A program made the position numbers and the translations under genes. Below the pieces are notes generated by a model. That model did not search any database, had not been told where the DNA came from, and saw only the letters and a program-made list of their open reading frames with translations. A stretch of DNA of 46,293 nt from Chiloscyllium plagiosum (taxonomy: Eukaryota), in the NCBI RefSeq assembly GCF_004010195.1, contig NW_025215301.1, forward strand, positions 4,144-50,436, written 5' to 3'. Positions 25,321-36,764 of the stretch are shown piece after piece. The number at the start of each line of letters is the position of its first letter. The stretch's first letter is position 1.

Positions 25321-25535
25321 GGCTGAGACACACATCCACAGACATTAACTGGGGAACAGGGACACACACCTACACTGGGTAACAGTCATACCCACACTGA
25401 CTGACACACCTACAGATAGTACAGAGTTAGAGTCACACCCATACAGGGTCATGTATGCTGTGAGATCCTGGCTGATTCTCTCTCTGAACAATGCCCTCAC
25501 TCAGTTCAGTTTCGAGTTGTCACAGTGAGTAACAG

Positions 25536-25695
25536 AGTGGTGCTGGAAAAGCACAGCAGGTCAGGCAGCATCCGAGGAGCAGGAGAATCGATGTTTCGGG
25601 CAAAAGCCCTTCATCAGGAATAGAGGCAGAGGCAGGGTGGAAAGACCACTCTGATCTAAACTCTGGTTTCCAGCATCTGCAGTCCTCACTTTTGC
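25536..25695. mobile_element. 160-bp Penelope pLTR-derived mini-insertion with 15-bp TSD
   Basis: TSD CACAGTGAGTAACAG at 25521-25535 and 25696-25710; two pLTR pieces in opposite orientation, homologous to 26739-26860. Confidence 0.85.
25586..25620 (-). ncRNA. Minimal hammerhead ribozyme motif
   Basis: Minus strand ttc-CTGATGA-a-gggc-tttt-gccc-GAAA-catc-gatt. Confidence 0.7.
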
Positions 25696-26096
25696 CACAG
25701 TGAGTAACAGGCTAAGGTGGGAGGAATGAACCTTACGACTGCAGCCTGTGACTGGCCTAAGTTCATTTCAGGTATTAGCGAGCACAGCAGAGAGTGCACA
25801 GTGCGATCCTACCAACTGGGTCTGGACCAACAGAATGAAGAGTGAATGCCTCACATTGTAATGATTGGCCCCCAGCAGCTTTCAGTTTCTGTTCTGATTT
25901 GAATTTTGTAAACTTGACGGATGCCAGATCGAAGGGATCACTTGGAAATGATTGACACTTCTCTCTCAGTCCAATCATCAGCACAGGTGCCAGTCATTGA
26001 CAGTCCGAGCAGCCAACCATGACACTCACTGCTGCAATGTAGCCAATCAGCTGAGAGGGAGGTGGTGCACCCAGAGACAGAGACTGAACCTTCATC

Positions 26097-26102
26097 TTTA
26101 TT
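26097..26102 (-). terminator. Polyadenylation signal of IgL C transcript
   Basis: AATAAA on the minus strand, conserved with 11013-11018. Confidence 0.55.
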
Positions 26103-27287
26103 CCCTCTTCCAGATTGACATTGACAGAACACAGACTGCAATTAACAGCCCAGACACAGGAAGCTGCACCAATTTACAGCCACAATGGAGCTTGAGGCAA
26201 ACACTTGTGGAGATTTTCTCAACAATATGAGAATCCTGTCCCTTTAAACAGAGACAAATCCTTAAGTTGGAACTGGCGACTGAGCAGGAAGGAGATCTGG
26301 TTTACTGAAGCAGAGACTTCTGAGGTTCACGTTTTTGTAAAGCTGACAGTCTTCAACATCTTTGAGGCATTTTAATTGGCAATAGGAGTCTACACTTTCC
26401 CCATTAAACACTCCCAGGACAGGGACTGCACAGGATTAAATACAAAGAAATTGTCTCTCTCCACTGTCCCAATCAAACAGGGAGAATCTTGGGTTAGATA
26501 CAGAATAAAGCTGTCTCAACACTGTTCCATGCAAACACTCCCAGGACAAAAAAAGCACAGGGTCAGGTGCTGAGAAAAGCTCACTGTACACTGTCTCAAT
26601 GGGCTGTCTTGACCCCTGAACCTCAGAAACATCTCCGAGCCAGTCCAAAGAAGGAGAGTTGAAATTCAGTGCTGACAATGACCTTTGTCCTGCCAGCTCA
26701 GCCCTGTTGTATTTAAAGTTGTGTTTCCTCTGTGGACTAAGTGAGGTCTGCAGATGCTGGAGATCAGAGCTGAAAATGTGTTGCTGGAAAAGCGCAGCAG
26801 GTCAGGCAGCATCCAGGGAACAGGAGAATTGACGTTTTGGGCATAAGCCCTTCTTCAGGAATGAGGAAAGTTTGTCCAGCAGGCTAAGATAAAAGTTAGG
26901 GAGGAGGGACTGGGGGGAGGGGCGTCGGAAATGTGATAGGTGGAAAGAGGTCAAGGTGAGGGTGATAGGTCAGACTGGGATGGGGGAGGAGAGGTCGGGA
27001 AGAAGATTGCAGGTTAGGAAGGCGGTGCTGAATTCGATGGATTTGACTGAGACAAGGTGGGGGGAGGGGAAATACCTTGTCTCAGTCAAATCCATCGAAC
27101 TCAGCACCGCCTTCCTAACCTGCAATCTTCTTCCCGACCTCTCCGCCCCCACCCCAGTCTCACCTATCACCCTCACCTTGACCTCTTTCCACCTATCACA
27201 TCTCCGACGCCCCTCCCCCAAGTCCCTCCTCCCCACCTTTTATCTTAGCCTGCTGGACAAACCTTCCCCATTCCTGAAGAAGGGCTT

Positions 27288-27938
27288 NNNNNNNNNNNNN
27301 NNNNNNNNNNNNNNNNNNNNNNNNNNNNNNNNNNNNNNNNNNNNNNNNNNNNNNNNNNNNNNNNNNNNNNNNNNNNNNNNNNNNNNNNNNNNNNNNNNNN
27401 NNNNNNNNNNNNNNNNNNNNNNNNNNNNNNNNNNNNNNNNNNNNNNNNNNNNNNNNNNNNNNNNNNNNNNNNNNNNNNNNNNNNNNNNNNNNNNNNNNNN
27501 NNNNNNNNNNNNNNNNNNNNNNNNNNNNNNNNNNNNNNNNNNNNNNNNNNNNNNNNNNNNNNNNNNNNNNNNNNNNNNNNNNNNNNNNNNNNNNNNNNNN
27601 NNNNNNNNNNNNNNNNNNNNNNNNNNNNNNNNNNNNNNNNNNNNNNNNNNNNNNNNNNNNNNNNNNNNNNNNNNNNNNNNNNNNNNNNNNNNNNNNNNNN
27701 NNNNNNNNNNNNNNNNNNNNNNNNNNNNNNNNNNNNNNNNNNNNNNNNNNNNNNNNNNNNNNNNNNNNNNNNNNNNNNNNNNNNNNNNNNNNNNNNNNNN
27801 NNNNNNNNNNNNNNNNNNNNNNNNNNNNNNNNNNNNNNNNNNNNNNNNNNNNNNNNNNNNNNNNNNNNNNNNNNNNNNNNNNNNNNNNNNNNNNNNNNNN
27901 NNNNNNNNNNNNNNNNNNNNNNNNNNNNNNNNNNNNNN
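27288..27938. other. Assembly gap
   Basis: Run of N. Confidence 1.
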
Positions 27939-28087
27939 CTGCAATCTTCTTCCTGACCTCTCCGCCCCCACCCCAGTCTGACCTATCACCCTCACCTTGA
28001 CCTCTTTCCACCTATCGCACTTCCGACGCCCCTCCCCCAAGTCCCTCCTCCCTAACTTTTATCTTAGCCTGCTGGACAAACTTTCCT

Positions 28088-28125
28088 CATTCCTGAAGAA
28101 GGGCTTATGCCCGAAACGTCGATTC
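28088..28125 (+). ncRNA. Minimal hammerhead ribozyme, intact core
   Basis: CTGAAGA (28093-28099), stem II gggc-ttat-gccc, GAAA (28113-28116), then CGTC with a GUC cleavage triplet. Confidence 0.75.
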
Positions 28126-28216
28126 TACTGTTCCCTGGATGCTGCCTGACCTGCTGCGCTTTTCCAGCAACACATTTTCAGCTCTTCTCTGTGGACTGTC
28201 TCAAACACTTTACACT

Positions 28217-28544
28217 CTACACACATTCTGATCTCCTGACGCTCTTGCTGAGGGGAGAGGGGAGGGTCACGTGGGTGAGGGCACAGGAGAAGCGAGCGTT
28301 GGACTCCCAGTCAAACCCAGAGAGGGTCAGCAGGCTGCTGACACTGTAGGTGCTGTCCGAAGCTCGCAGGTAGTTGCTGGTCTGAACCCCGTCCGAAATG
28401 ACTGCACCGTCCTTCTTCCACTGCACCTCCAGCTCATCGGGATAGAAGTGATTGGCAAGACACACCAAGGTGGCAGTGCCCTTGGCACTGACCTGCTCCA
28501 GGGAGGGGGCAGCAGGGTCAGCTTGGGCTGAGAGTTCTCACGGC
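28217..28544 (-). pseudogene. Immunoglobulin light-chain constant exon (kappa/NS4-like) with 1-bp frameshift
   Basis: Acceptor ttctctcgttgttcag; RENSQPKLTLLPP[-1]SLEQVSAKGTATLVCLANHFYPDELEVQWKKDG...YSVSSLLTL...FSCALTH...SECV*; both Ig Cys, the Trp and the penultimate Cys are present; the exon is one base short in the run 28505-28509. Confidence 0.95.
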
Positions 28545-28849
28545 CTGAACAACGAGAGAAACAGTTTTAATCCCAGGCATTCGAAGGGACCTCCATTCTC
28601 TGAAGATTCACTGGGAATACAATCTGTTTGAACATTTGTAGCCAATACCTAATAAACCCAACAAAAGGATGGATATTTATTCAAATTCCTTTTTGATGGT
28701 GAACATTGAAGTCCCCCACCCAGAGTACATTCCTGCCCTCACCACCCTCAGAGCTTCCTCCAAGTGCTGTTCAACATGGAGGAGAGACTGACTCATCAGC
28801 CAAGGGAGGACAGTATGTGCCAATCAACCAGAGGTTTAATCGAATCATA

Positions 28850-29440
28850 CAGTATAGAAGAGGCCATTCACTCATCAAATCTGTACCACCAACACTGCAC
28901 TGCATCAACTTTCCAGAACGAGATCAATAACATTGAAAGTTCGGACATTTCTGGTGGTCCTTCAAGTACACTTTAAAGGTTGTGATTCTTTCTGCCTCAG
29001 CGACCCTCCCAGGCAGTGCATTCCTGACTCCCACCCTCTGGATGAAAAAGCATTTCCTCAAATTCCCTCTAAACCTTCTGCCTTTCACATTGAATGTGTT
29101 CCAACTTGTTACTGAACCTCCAACTAAAGGCAATAACAACATTCTATTCATCCTCTCCATTCCCATCATGACCTTGTACACCTCGATCAGGTCCCCCATC
29201 CAACTTTTCTGCTCCAAAGTAAACCACCCAAGCTTATCCAGCCTCTCCTCACATCTTTTCAGATGCTCCATTCCACGCAACTCTCTGATGAATCTCCTCT
29301 GCACCCCTTCCAGTGCAATCACATCCTTCCCACAATGTGGTGACCGGAACTACACACAGTACTCCAGCTGTGGCCTAACCAGTTCTACCCAGCTCCAACA
29401 TATCCTCCCTGATCTTATAATATGTGCCTGAAATGATAAA
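28850..29440 (-). mobile_element. Older CR1 3' fragment
   Basis: ALEGVQRRFIR..ERLDKLGWFTLEQ..GDLIEVYK..FFIQRV. Confidence 0.85.
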
Positions 29441-29444
29441 GACT

Positions 29445-29770
29445 GCACCACCACTGCTGCTGGGTCTGTCCGGCCAGTGGGACAGGCCATATCAAGGGAT
29501 AGTGAGGGTGGTGTTTGGGACATTGTCTGTAAGGTATGATTCTGTGAGTATGACTATGTCAGGCTCTTGCTTGACTTGTCTGTGAGACAGCTCTCCTGAA
29601 TTTGGCACTCACCCCCAGATAAAGTACGGAGAATGGTACAGGGTGGACAGGACTGTGTTTAATGATGTTGTTTCTGACACCGATGTCAATGCCAAGTGCT
29701 CTGTTCGGTTTCATTCCAGTTTTGAGACATTCCAGTGATTGTTAAAATGGAGTGCCTTGCTCGGCCATTA
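29445..29770 (-). mobile_element. LINE APE-endonuclease fragment (second family)
   Basis: Minus strand PDIVILTESYLTDNVPNTTLTIP*YGLSHWPDRPSSSGGAV. Confidence 0.7.
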
Positions 29771-29771
29771 C

Positions 29772-30978
29772 AGAGTCATAGCATCATAGGGATGTACAGC
29801 ATGGAAACAGACCCTTTGGTCCAACCGGGCCATACCAACCAGATATCCCAACCAAATCTAGTCCCACCTGCCAGCACCCAGCCCATATCCCTCCAAACCC
29901 TTCCTATTCATATACCCATCCAAATACCTCTTAAATGTTGCAATTGTACCAGCCTCCACCACATCCTCTGGAAGCTCATTCCATACACCCTCTGCATGAA
30001 AAAGTTGCCCCTTCCCCTCTCACCCTAAACCTATGCCCTCTAGTTCTAGACTCCCCGACCTCAGGGAAAAGACTTTGCCTATTTATCCTATCCATGCCCC
30101 TCATCATTTTGTAAACCTCTATAAGGTCACCCCTCAGCCTCCGACGCTTCAGGGAAAACAGCCCCAGCCTGTTCAGCCTCTCCCTGAAGCTCAGTTCCTC
30201 CAACCCTGGCAACATCCTAGTAAATCTTTGCTGAACCCTTTCAAGTTTCACAACATCTTTCCAATAGGAAGGAGACCAGAAATGCACGCAATATTCCAAC
30301 AGTGGCCTAACCAATGTCCTATGCAGCCGCAACATGACCTCCCAACTCCTGCACTCAAAGCTCTGACCAATAAAGGAAAGCATGCCAAACGCCTTCTTCA
30401 CTGTCCTATCTACCTGCGACTCCACTTTCAAGGAGCTATGAACCTGTACTCCAAGGTCTCTTTGTTCAGCAACACTCCCTAAGACCTTACCTTTAAGTGT
30501 ATAAGCCTTGCTAAGATTTGCTTTCCCAAAATGCAGCACCTCGCATTTATCTGAATTAAACTCCATCTGCCACTTCTCAGCCCATTGGCCCATCTGGTCC
30601 AGATCCTGTTGTAATCTGAGGTGACTCACTACACATCCAATTTTGGTGTCATCTGCAAACTTACTAACTGTCCTTCTTATGCTCGCATCCAAATCATTTA
30701 TGTAAATATCAAATAGTAGAGGACCCAGCACTGATCCTTTTGGCACTCCACTGGTCACAGGTCTCCAGTCTGAAAAACAACCCTCCACCACCACCCTCTG
30801 TCTCCTACCTTTGAGCCAGTTCTGTATCCAAATGGCTAGTTCTCCCTGTATTCCATGAGATCTAACCTTGATAATCAGTCTCCCATGGGGAACCTTGTTG
30901 AACGTCTTACTGAAGTCCATACAGATCACACCTACTGCTCTGCCCTCATCAAACCTCTTTGTTACTTCTTCAAAAAAC
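29772..30978 (-). mobile_element. CR1 LINE, 5'-truncated, relatively young
   Basis: 317-aa uninterrupted RT ORF 29976-30929: DFSKTFNKVPH, SGVPKGSVLGPLLF, SKFADDTK. Confidence 0.97.
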
Positions 30979-31499
30979 GAAAGGGTGGTTAACAGTTAAC
31001 CTCATTGCTGTGGGTCTGGAGTCACGTGTAGGTTACACTGGATAAGGACGGTAGATTTCCTTCCTTAAAGGACATCAGGTCTTTATGTCGATAGCTCTTT
31101 AACAAACTCCTGATCACACACCGATCAGGAGAACTTTATCCAAGAACATTGGAACAGACTCGGATCAACACACTTCAGGAAAGAGTCACATTGGATGTTC
31201 ATGTAGAAGGTTCTAGATTTCATTTCCCAGCACTGGGCTTAGGTCAAGGGTGAGGCTGCAATGAGTCTCAGTGTCCCAGGGTTAGACAGGATCACTGCTC
31301 CTAATGACCCCATGACCCCTGGAAGGGGAGAGTGTGTGAATAATGGGTGAGGGTCAGGATCAGGAGACTCCCACCCTCAAAGAAAGACTTGCATTTGTGT
31401 AGCACCATAGGGTGCCTTATGTCCCTCATGTCTGACTGTGTTCAGCAAGATTCCAGAAAGCAGAATGGTCATGAGCAGATCACATTTTTTTAGTGATGT

Positions 31500-31905
31500 T
31501 GGTTGGAGGATAAATATTGACCAGAAAACCTGGGGAAACTGCCTTGCTCTTCATCTAATAGTGCCATGGCATCTCGACAGTGTGGCAATACCTCAGTACT
31601 GGCCCTCCATCAGTGTGACAATACCTCAGTAGTGACCCTTCGACAGTGTGGCAATACCTCAGTACTGGCCCTCCATCAGTGTGACAATACCTCAGTAGTG
31701 ACCCTTCGACAGTGTGGCAATACCTCAGTACTGACCCTCCGACAATGCAGCATTCCCTCAGTACTGACCCTCCGACAATGCAGCACTCCCTCAGTACTGA
31801 ACTGCACTCTTGGCCTGGATGATGGGTTGAAATCTCTGGAGTGGGATGTGAAGCCAAAACATTATGAGCCCGAGGGGAGAGTGCTCCCACTGAGGTCCAG
31901 CTGAT
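31500..31905 (-). mobile_element. Deu-domain SINE (SacSINE1-like) containing a 33-bp tandem array (31575-31800)
   Basis: ggaggataaatattgaccag...tagtgccatggcatc, then 7 units of 33 bp, then tRNA-like head remnant. Confidence 0.8.
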
Positions 31906-32564
31906 ATCTCCTGGTCCAATATTCAGCTAGGAGGGAGGGCTTTAGATTCTTGGGATGCTGTGACTGACCCTGGTGAGTTGTGACCTGGACAGAGGTTGCT
32001 CCAGAACAAAACTGGGGACTAAGTTCCTTCTGAAGTGAATTGCAAATGCTAGTTGGGAGGGTTTCAACTGATTTGGCAGGGCTGTGGAACCAAAAGGTAA
32101 TATCAGAGACGAACCCTCAGCTCCTAGAATGCTGGGTGATAGATTTCGCCAGAATGAGGAATTGTAACTTACTAGGCAGGGTCAGAGAGCGGGAGAGTTT
32201 AATCAATTCTGAACCAAGGTGACTGTGCATGTATGGGACGACACAGTGTGTGGGAATCAAGACTGGGGAGTTACAGAGACAGATTGCCACGTGGGAATCT
32301 AATGTTTTCCCACCAACTGAAACCCGGCTCAAAGAAGGGCAAGATTGGGTTTTAAAGTTTTTGGATCCCAAGTGTTCATGAAAGATAGGAAATAGAGAAA
32401 TGGTTGAGGATTGTTTATAGAGATCAGTGTGGAGCTGGAGTAAGTGAATGTCCCAGAAGGGTCAAGGACAGAATTTATTCACTGGATACAGAAGAAAAAA
32501 ATGTGCAATCAGATTTCACTCTGGGTCACTGACTTGTGGGAGGGATGTAGAGGAACAAATCTAC

Positions 32565-33080
32565 AATGTTGTGCAACTTGAAATGGTTCAGAAAAGATTT
32601 ACAAGGATGTTGCCAGGGTTGGAGGATTTGAGCTACAGGGTGAGGCTGAATATGCTGGGGCTGTTTTCCCTGGAGCGTAGGAAGCTGAGGAGTGATCTTA
32701 GAGAACTTTATGAAGACATGAGAGGCATGGATAAGGGAAATGGACAAGGTCTTTTCTCTGGGGTGGGGGAGTCCAGAAATAGAGGGCATAGGTTTAGGAT
32801 GAGATGGGAAAATTTTGAAAGGTACCTAACGGGCGACGTTTTTCGTGCAGAGAGTGGTGTGTGTATGGAATGATCTGCCAGAGGAAGTGATGGAGGCTGT
32901 TATAATTACAACATTTAAAACACACCTGGATGGGAACATGAATGTGAAGGGTTTAGAGGGATATGGGCCAAGTGCTGGCTAATGGGACTAGATTAATTTA
33001 GGATATCTGGTCAGCATGGATGAGTTGGACTGAAAGGTCTATTTCCGTGCTGTACATCTCTATGACTGTATGATTCTATG
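32565..33080 (+). mobile_element. CR1 3' fragment
   Basis: LEMVQKRFTRMLPGLEDLSYRVRL..RGHRF; tail ctatgactgtatgattctatga. Confidence 0.93.
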
Positions 33081-33719
33081 ACAAACACACCGACTGAGCT
33101 GCAAAACCAAACAGGATATTTTTATTGCAAATTAGCATTCCAAAAATAAAATCCAAACACAGTATTTATAAAATCTGGGAGCAATTTAATTTCAATTGTA
33201 ACCAGAAAGATGATAGCGCTTTCTTTGAACGCGAGACAATTGTGGGATGAGAATTCAACAACCGCCCACTCTGTCAAATGGTGTTGATGACGCTCTGATC
33301 TCATCAAAATATGTTTGCAATCATATTCATAACATGTAAGGGAAGAGAAACATTGAAAACTGAATTATCACGAGTGAGGGGCCATGAAAAACTCAGACCA
33401 TGATGTTAAACTCGGACACTGATGTATCTACAGCTTTAGATTGTTAAACAATATTTGATATTGTACCAAACACTTTGTTGAAAACTTTCTGCATTGGTGA
33501 TTTTATCAGTACCAGAGCAAGGAAGCAGCATCTGACCGTGAATTCTAACAAGGTAAAGGTAACAGACACTTTATAAGGATCTGTCTCAAGAGTAAAATTC
33601 AACAGCAGAGATCTGTCCAGTGCTGGGAACATTTTGGACAAGTCAGCTGGTTTCCAGCTAATTACTGCAGCTTGAAAACTCCAGCATGATCAGAAAGAAA
33701 AAGGAACAATGTGCAGATT

Positions 33720-35160
33720 GGTGAACAGGCCCCTACACCTGGGCCTGAGGCAGGAGCCCAAGCTCCAACACACTGGCCTCACTTCACACCAACCTTCACA
33801 TAGTGCGGGGTCATGAACTCCGGCCATCAATCCCTCTGGGACTGGGACGGAGTGAGGGAACAGGGACTACTGTAGAAGAGTCAATAAGGAGTAAAGCAAG
33901 ATGGAGAGGGTGTGTTGGAAAGTGTTTAATGGAGGGAACATACTTTGTGATCCCCAATACTGACATAGTCTATGCATATCACAGAATGAACAAAACAGCA
34001 CACCGTGAAGACAATCAAAAGCCACATCAAAGCACTTCTTTTTTGAAAACTCATAGCATGCAGGACATTTTCATTGTGGTGCGATCAGTATCCTGGTTTG
34101 AAAGCTGTTCTCTCTCTCTCCTCGTTTCTACAGATGGAGCCGGTTAGATCCTCGCAGAGCCCCAGTTTATTTGTCCTGTTCAGTTATATGGGGATACTGA
34201 TGGGGGGCTGGGGTACACCTGATGAAGGAGCAGCGCTTCGAAAGCTTGTGATTTCAAATGAACCTGTTGGGCTAGTACCTGGTGTTGTGAGACTTCTGAC
34301 TTTGTATTTTTCGGACACAGTGAAACAGCTGCCTACGCATAACTATAGAGTACTTGCACTGCAACTGAGGATTATGGGTAATGACTCCATCCATTAGCCA
34401 TAAACAAACCTGCAGTCACTCCAGTGGATTCTAGTGGGAATGACCTGTCAGTTGCTTCCTAGATATTACATGATTCACCACCACCCTCTCCAGGGCAATT
34501 AGGGAAGGGCAACAAATAACCGACACGTCAACGCCCACCACATTTCAGGAGAAATCAGAATAAATGGCATATAATTCAAATGATCAAACTGGTGAGGTTT
34601 GAATTCATCTCTTTGAAAGACTGGAGTCTTGTCCAGAAACAGAGCCTTGAAATGGGTGAACCTGGTTTGTCAGACAGGAAGGTGGGGTGTCCTTCAGATT
34701 GACACTAGGATCAGCAAAAAATGAATTACGCTCAAAGACCTAACAAAGGGCTGTCAAAGTGTGCCCCCAAACTGCAGAGAACAGCACTTTAGGCTTCGCG
34801 TCCCCATCTCCATCCTTGCTTGTTGTCCTTTCCTAACTGGAGAGGGCGTTGGTGAGCCATGAGATTCTCGAAGAGGATCTGACAGAGGGACAAGGTCATG
34901 TCCTCGGCCTGAGCACAACTGCCTGACCTGCTGTGCTTTTCCAGCACCACACTTTTCAACTCCGAGCACAACTATCCCTCAGGAGAATGAGCTGTGGCAC
35001 ATGGGAAAACGTGAGAGTGTTGGAAAGGCACCCGCAGCCTGGTCAGCCTGCAGAGGGGCAGAAACAGATTTGATAATTGAGCTGATATCCTCCCGAGCTG
35101 AGATGCCGACTCAGGCTTTCAGAGCCACACAGTTTACATTGTTACTGACGGTGGCTCCAT
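33720..35160. repeat. Mosaic of three duplicated blocks
   Basis: 33720-34450 = inverted 19570-20120; 34480-34790 = direct 4650-4960; 34815-35160 = inverted 13255-13530. Confidence 0.85.
34216..34250 (+). ncRNA. Minimal hammerhead ribozyme motif within a short Penelope pLTR fragment (about 34185-34308)
   Basis: cac-CTGATGA-a-ggagc-agc-gcttc-GAAA-gctt-gtg; palindromic AAGCTT helix III region. Confidence 0.7.
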
Positions 35161-35391
35161 GGGCAATGCTCCTGCCTCATCGTCAAAATGGTCATCGGGT
35201 TGAAAGCCATCTCAGAAATGAGAGCACAGAATCCAGGCTGAGACTGCGGTGCACTGCTGAAAGTTGCACAGTCTCTGGCACCATCATTTGAGGCTCCACC
35301 ACCACCACACCCCGACCACACCCCCACCCCCACCTTTACGTGGCTTGACAAGATCCCCATTCTGAAGAGATTCCCTCAGGTATCCTGCTCA

Positions 35392-36024
35392 AAGGTGTTT
35401 GGTATGCTTTATTTTATTGGTTAGAGTATTGAGTACAAGAGTGGGGAGGTCATTTTGCAGTTGTACAGGCCATTGGGTAGGCCACTGTTGGAATATTGCG
35501 TGCAATTCTCGTCTCTTCCTATCAGAAAGATGTTGTGAAACTTGAAAGGGTTCAGGAAAGGTTTACAAGGATGTTGCCAAGGGTTGGAGGATTTGAGCTA
35601 CAGGGAGAGGCTGGACAGGCTGGGGCTGTTTTCCCTGAAGCGTCAGAGGCTGAGGGGTGACCTTATAAAGGTTTACAAAATGATAAGGGGCATGGATAGG
35701 ATAAATAGACAAAGTCTTTTCCCTGAGGTCAGGGAATCCAGAACAAGAGGGCATAGGTTTAGGGTGAGAGGGGAAAGATATAAAAGAGACCTAAGGGGCA
35801 ACTCTTTCACACAGAGGGTGGTACATGTATGCAATGAGCTGCCAGAGGAAGTAGTGGAGGCTGGTACAATTGCAACATTTAAGAGGCATTTGGGTGGGTA
35901 TATGAATAGGAAGGGTTTGGAGGGATATGGGCTGGGCGCTGGCAGGTGGGATTGATTGGGTTTTGGGATATCTGGTTGGACTGAAGGGTCTGTGTCCATG
36001 CTGTACATCTCTATGACTCTATGA
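35392..36024 (+). mobile_element. CR1 3' fragment
   Basis: LEDLSYRERLDRLGLFSLKRQRLRGDLIKVYK; tail ctctatgactctatga. Confidence 0.94.
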
Positions 36025-36764
36025 ATAGATTTATCTCGTCATTTGTTTCCTGTCTGTGAGACCTCACCATCTTGTCCGTGAAAGTGACTGCACTGTGCTC
36101 ACACTTTCAATATCCTGAAATGATTAAAAAAAACTGCACCAGCAAGAGTTCTCTCTCCATTATCACGTAAAAGGGGAGCAGTGAGCAAGTGATAATCCAC
36201 ACTGAGCGCAAACACTGAAGCTTCAGCTGAAAGGCTTTTTGCAGCATGTTAACCTGCTCCCTGGGCATTTCCTTCCAATGTCCGAGATGGTTATCAGGCT
36301 GGGATGGAGACTGACAGATCACATGGAATCCTTCAGGCAAGGTACACAAGGGCACAGTCCAAGCTTGCTGCAAACATTAGCCTTCCTTCCATTGAAGGGC
36401 AGTGAGTTTGTCAATGGTGGTTTCCAGAGCACATCCTCCATGGAAATATCACAGACTTTACTGAAATGGAATGAACTGAAAGTAGAGAAGGAAATGGGAG
36501 GAATTAACCTGTTTCTGATTTATATCACTCCATTCTGTTGTGCTGTTGTTCAGGATCTGGGTTAAGCTCACTCATTTCTCAGTCGAGAGCTTCCTTCTTT
36601 CAGCCCGACAGAGACTTTACATTTGCAACCAGCAAATGTGACTTCAATGTTGGAATCTGTTTTCAGGATTGATGGGCTCAATGGTTTGATTCAATGAGAT
36701 GAGGTAAGAAATACCTGTGACTCTTGTTGCAATCCAATCTTTTCTGTCTAATCTCTTCAGGGGT

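Larger units (their letters stand above)
26739..28186. mobile_element. Penelope pLTR composite (one inverted and two direct copies) inserted in IgL C 3' UTR
   Basis: TSD CTCTGTGGACT at 26728-26738 and 28187-28197; empty site in paralog at about 11656-11666; ends are long inverted repeats. Confidence 0.88.

Noticed and set aside
25521-25740. CACAGTG heptamers as RSS (also 32242 and 34316)
   Set aside because: No ACAAAAACC-like nonamer at 12 or 23 bp; the 25521/25696 pair is a TSD
13732-28040. Long ORFs containing X runs
   Set aside because: Artefacts of translating through N gaps
27939-28107. Post-gap sequence as a simple assembly overlap of 27120-27287
   Set aside because: The copies differ at several positions, so they are more likely distinct tandem pLTRs; not fully excluded without reads
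29976-30929. 317-aa RT ORF as a host gene or novel RT system
   Set aside because: Ordinary 5'-truncated CR1 ORF2 with CR1 3' UTR, similar to several other copies in the window
31575-31800. CRISPR-like regular repeats (also 12265-12670)
   Set aside because: Head-to-tail units with no unique spacers, no cas genes, vertebrate context
35225-35291. LRLRCTAESCTVSG resembling VH framework 1
   Set aside because: Ends in a stop with no WxRQ and no leader or acceptor; likely chance
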